Below are positions 62,120-64,000 of a stretch of DNA of 64,000 nucleotides, in pieces (position 1 is the stretch's first letter; every line of letters starts with the position of its first letter). This DNA comes from a virus. The translations under genes and the position numbers were made by a program. Below the pieces are notes generated by a model. The model had not been told where the DNA came from, searched no databases, and was given only the letters and a program-made list of their open reading frames with translations. The DNA lies in IMG/VR virus record IMGVR_UViG_3300010401_000001, positions 1-64,000 of that record; one strand, given 5' to 3'.

Positions 62120-62671
62120 ATGCGCGCGCTGACCAGCGACGACCCAACCCGGGCAGCACCATACGCCGTCGGTGACGAAGTCCGGTGGCGCACCGGTCCG
62201 TGCGACTTCGTGTGGCACCTCGGCCGCGTGACCTCCATTGTCGATGACCGACCCAACGATGGCATCGACAAGCCGTTCTGGATCGTGCGCGTTGACACCG
62301 CGGGCGAGCGGCGCTTCTCCGGTCCGGTCATCCAGACGTGCCTGCGAAGGGAATACCCGGCCGACGACAGCCTACGGTCGTCAGCCGCCGCCACGGCATC
62401 CGGGCTCTGCAAAGCCGTGATCGCCGTACCCGGCGTCAACGCCGTCACCGTGGTTGAGTACGACCGCGGCGAGGTCGAAGTCTTCGCTGACGGCGGAGAT
62501 CCGGACGCGATCGCGCGCTGCATCTACGACAACACGTGGCCCGGGGTCGTGCTCCGCGGCCAGGAAACCGGCGACATCGGCAACGGTACGCGAGTCGCGT
62601 TCTCGCGCGGAGCAGCGAGCCGACACCCGGGCACCGGCGGCATTGTCCGCATCACGTTCGTAGAGCGCTGA
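62120..62671 (+). CDS. Chimeric protein containing a baseplate-J C-terminus-like segment; in frame with the previous ORF across one TAG
   Basis: VFADGGDPDAIARCIYDN...GV...G...VAFSR vs J MVKGGADQDIWDALLDN...GI...G...MAFSR. Confidence 0.65.
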   Translation: MRALTSDDPTRAAPYAVGDEVRWRTGPCDFVWHLGRVTSIVDDRPNDGIDKPFWIVRVDTAGERRFSGPVIQTCLRREYPADDSLRSSAAATASGLCKAVIAVPGVNAVTVVEYDRGEVEVFADGGDPDAIARCIYDNTWPGVVLRGQETGDIGNGTRVAFSRGAASRHPGTGGIVRITFVER

Positions 62672-62677
62672 TTCGGC

Positions 62678-64000
62678 CTACGGCTTGACGACCGTCTGCT
62701 CGCCGCCACCCGGAGTCGTCGCATCCACGCTCACGAACTCTCCGCCCGGCTCGCTCACGTCGATCTTGATGTGCAATTGTACCTCGACCATCGCCAGCGG
62801 ATCGAGCATTCCCGAGCGCGTGCCCGGCATGACGCGCACCTTGCCGAACGTCCCGACGCCGACATCGCCCTTGCGCAGCACCTTCCCGACGCTCGGCAGC
62901 TCCAACGCTGCCGTGACCCTGGCAAGCACGAGCTCGGCGCGGCGCGCGCCAGTCGCCTCGCCGGCGAAGCACCGCAGTTCGAGCGTGGGGTGACGGGTCC
63001 CGCGGGCGTGGCTCACGACGCCGCCGTTCTCGCGCCGCGAGATCAGCCAGTCGTCGCTGACCGAATCGACGTCCACGATCCGCATCGAGATGTACAGCCC
63101 TGCCGGCGCCGGGCCGGCGACAGAGCCGCCAACATTCGCCCAGATCACCTGGCTGGGCGCGAGCCCGGATCCGATGACCACCCACTGGTAGATCGCATCC
63201 TCCCACGCCGTGGTCGGGTCCACCGGTACAACCGGCAGGTCATCATCCGGCGCCAACGCGATGACCGGACACGCCGCGCCAGGGACAGCCGGCGCCCACG
63301 GCTGATCATCGTCCACCGGCAGCGGCGGAGGCGGTGGGGCGGCGTTCCAGCTCGGCAGCGCCTCGTCGTCCGGATCGAGCTCATTGGGCCCGCGCGGCGC
63401 CCAGCTGATCGCAAAAGACCAGCTCTGTTCCTCTGCCCCCGGCATCAGCGGAAGCCCGTCTTCGACTGGGACGGCGTACAGGACCGCGCCGATCGGCGCT
63501 CCGCTCGCCACGGCAACCTGCGTACCTTCATCGAGCACGGTCACGGCAGGCGGCGTGAACTCGTCGGCTGGGGTCGCATAGACTACCGCGCCGACTCGGA
63601 CCACCCCCATCGCGACAGCCGGCATGTCTTCATCGAGCGCGACCACAGCCGTCGTCGCCAGTTCATCGACCTGGCCGCCAGCCGCAGGCGCCGCACCAAA
63701 CAGCGGCATGGCGCCCGCGCCGGTGGCAACGTCATCAACGATGCTTGCCGTAAGCGGTAGCTCATCTACCGCGCCGGTCACTGCGAGCGCGGCGAGCTGC
63801 CCAGCCGCCAGTGACCAGCCGGCCGCCGGATCGTCGGATGTGACCACTACCGGCAGCTCGTCCGCCTGCGCCGCCGGCGACGGAGCCGATGTCGACCAGG
63901 ACATCAACGCGCCAACGTTGATCGCGCGTACCACGTCGTCGTCCACGCCGATCGACGGCGTCGACAGGTCCTCGAAAGCGATCGTGACGAGCTGAGCGCC
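62678..64000 (-). CDS. Neck/tail-terminator protein fused to long acidic repeats; starts beyond right edge
   Basis: C-terminal WEDAIYQWV..GSGL...VIWAN...YISMRI; recurring DELP/DDLP units; frame open to 64000. Confidence 0.7.
   Translation of the reverse strand, partial: GAQLVTIAFEDLSTPSIGVDDDVVRAINVGALMSWSTSAPSPAAQADELPVVVTSDDPAAGWSLAAGQLAALAVTGAVDELPLTASIVDDVATGAGAMPLFGAAPAAGGQVDELATTAVVALDEDMPAVAMGVVRVGAVVYATPADEFTPPAVTVLDEGTQVAVASGAPIGAVLYAVPVEDGLPLMPGAEEQSWSFAISWAPRGPNELDPDDEALPSWNAAPPPPPLPVDDDQPWAPAVPGAACPVIALAPDDDLPVVPVDPTTAWEDAIYQWVVIGSGLAPSQVIWANVGGSVAGPAPAGLYISMRIVDVDSVSDDWLISRRENGGVVSHARGTRHPTLELRCFAGEATGARRAELVLARVTAALELPSVGKVLRKGDVGVGTFGKVRVMPGTRSGMLDPLAMVEVQLHIKIDVSEPGGEFVSVDATTPGGGEQTVVKP

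Overview
The whole window reads as one GC-rich temperate phage or prophage with a contractile tail, and I see no host housekeeping genes. The host is probably a myxobacterium (inference from the kinase-WD40 architecture and the peptide leader). From left to right: (1) an accessory island at about 1.1-4.8 kb with a tRNA-Sec-like 9/3 RNA, a truncated methylase, and a DUF433 antitoxin with a deleted PIN toxin; (2) a leftward replication and DNA-modification operon (SNF2 and DEAD-box helicases, RuvC, AAA helicase, iteron origin, two adenine MTases, Mom-like protein); (3) a cro/cI-like switch with GTCTAC-N5-GTAGAC operators; (4) a rightward early operon (PD-(D/E)xK nuclease, Sak4-like ATPase, SSB-like protein, atypical tRNA(UGC), cytosine MTase, DUF1643, ASCH proteins, xis/int, an attP carrying the 3' half of tRNA-Cys, a Ser/Thr kinase-TM-WD40 protein and a RiPP-like peptide); (5) leftward lysis and tail/baseplate genes interrupted by morons, most on the opposite strand. 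The best candidates for new biology are the receptor kinase plus double-glycine peptide pair, the opposite-strand genes carrying fragments of tail structural proteins, and a possible suppressor tRNA found together with in-frame stops, one of them in the baseplate spike gene. All family calls come from motif recognition by eye; no database searches were run.
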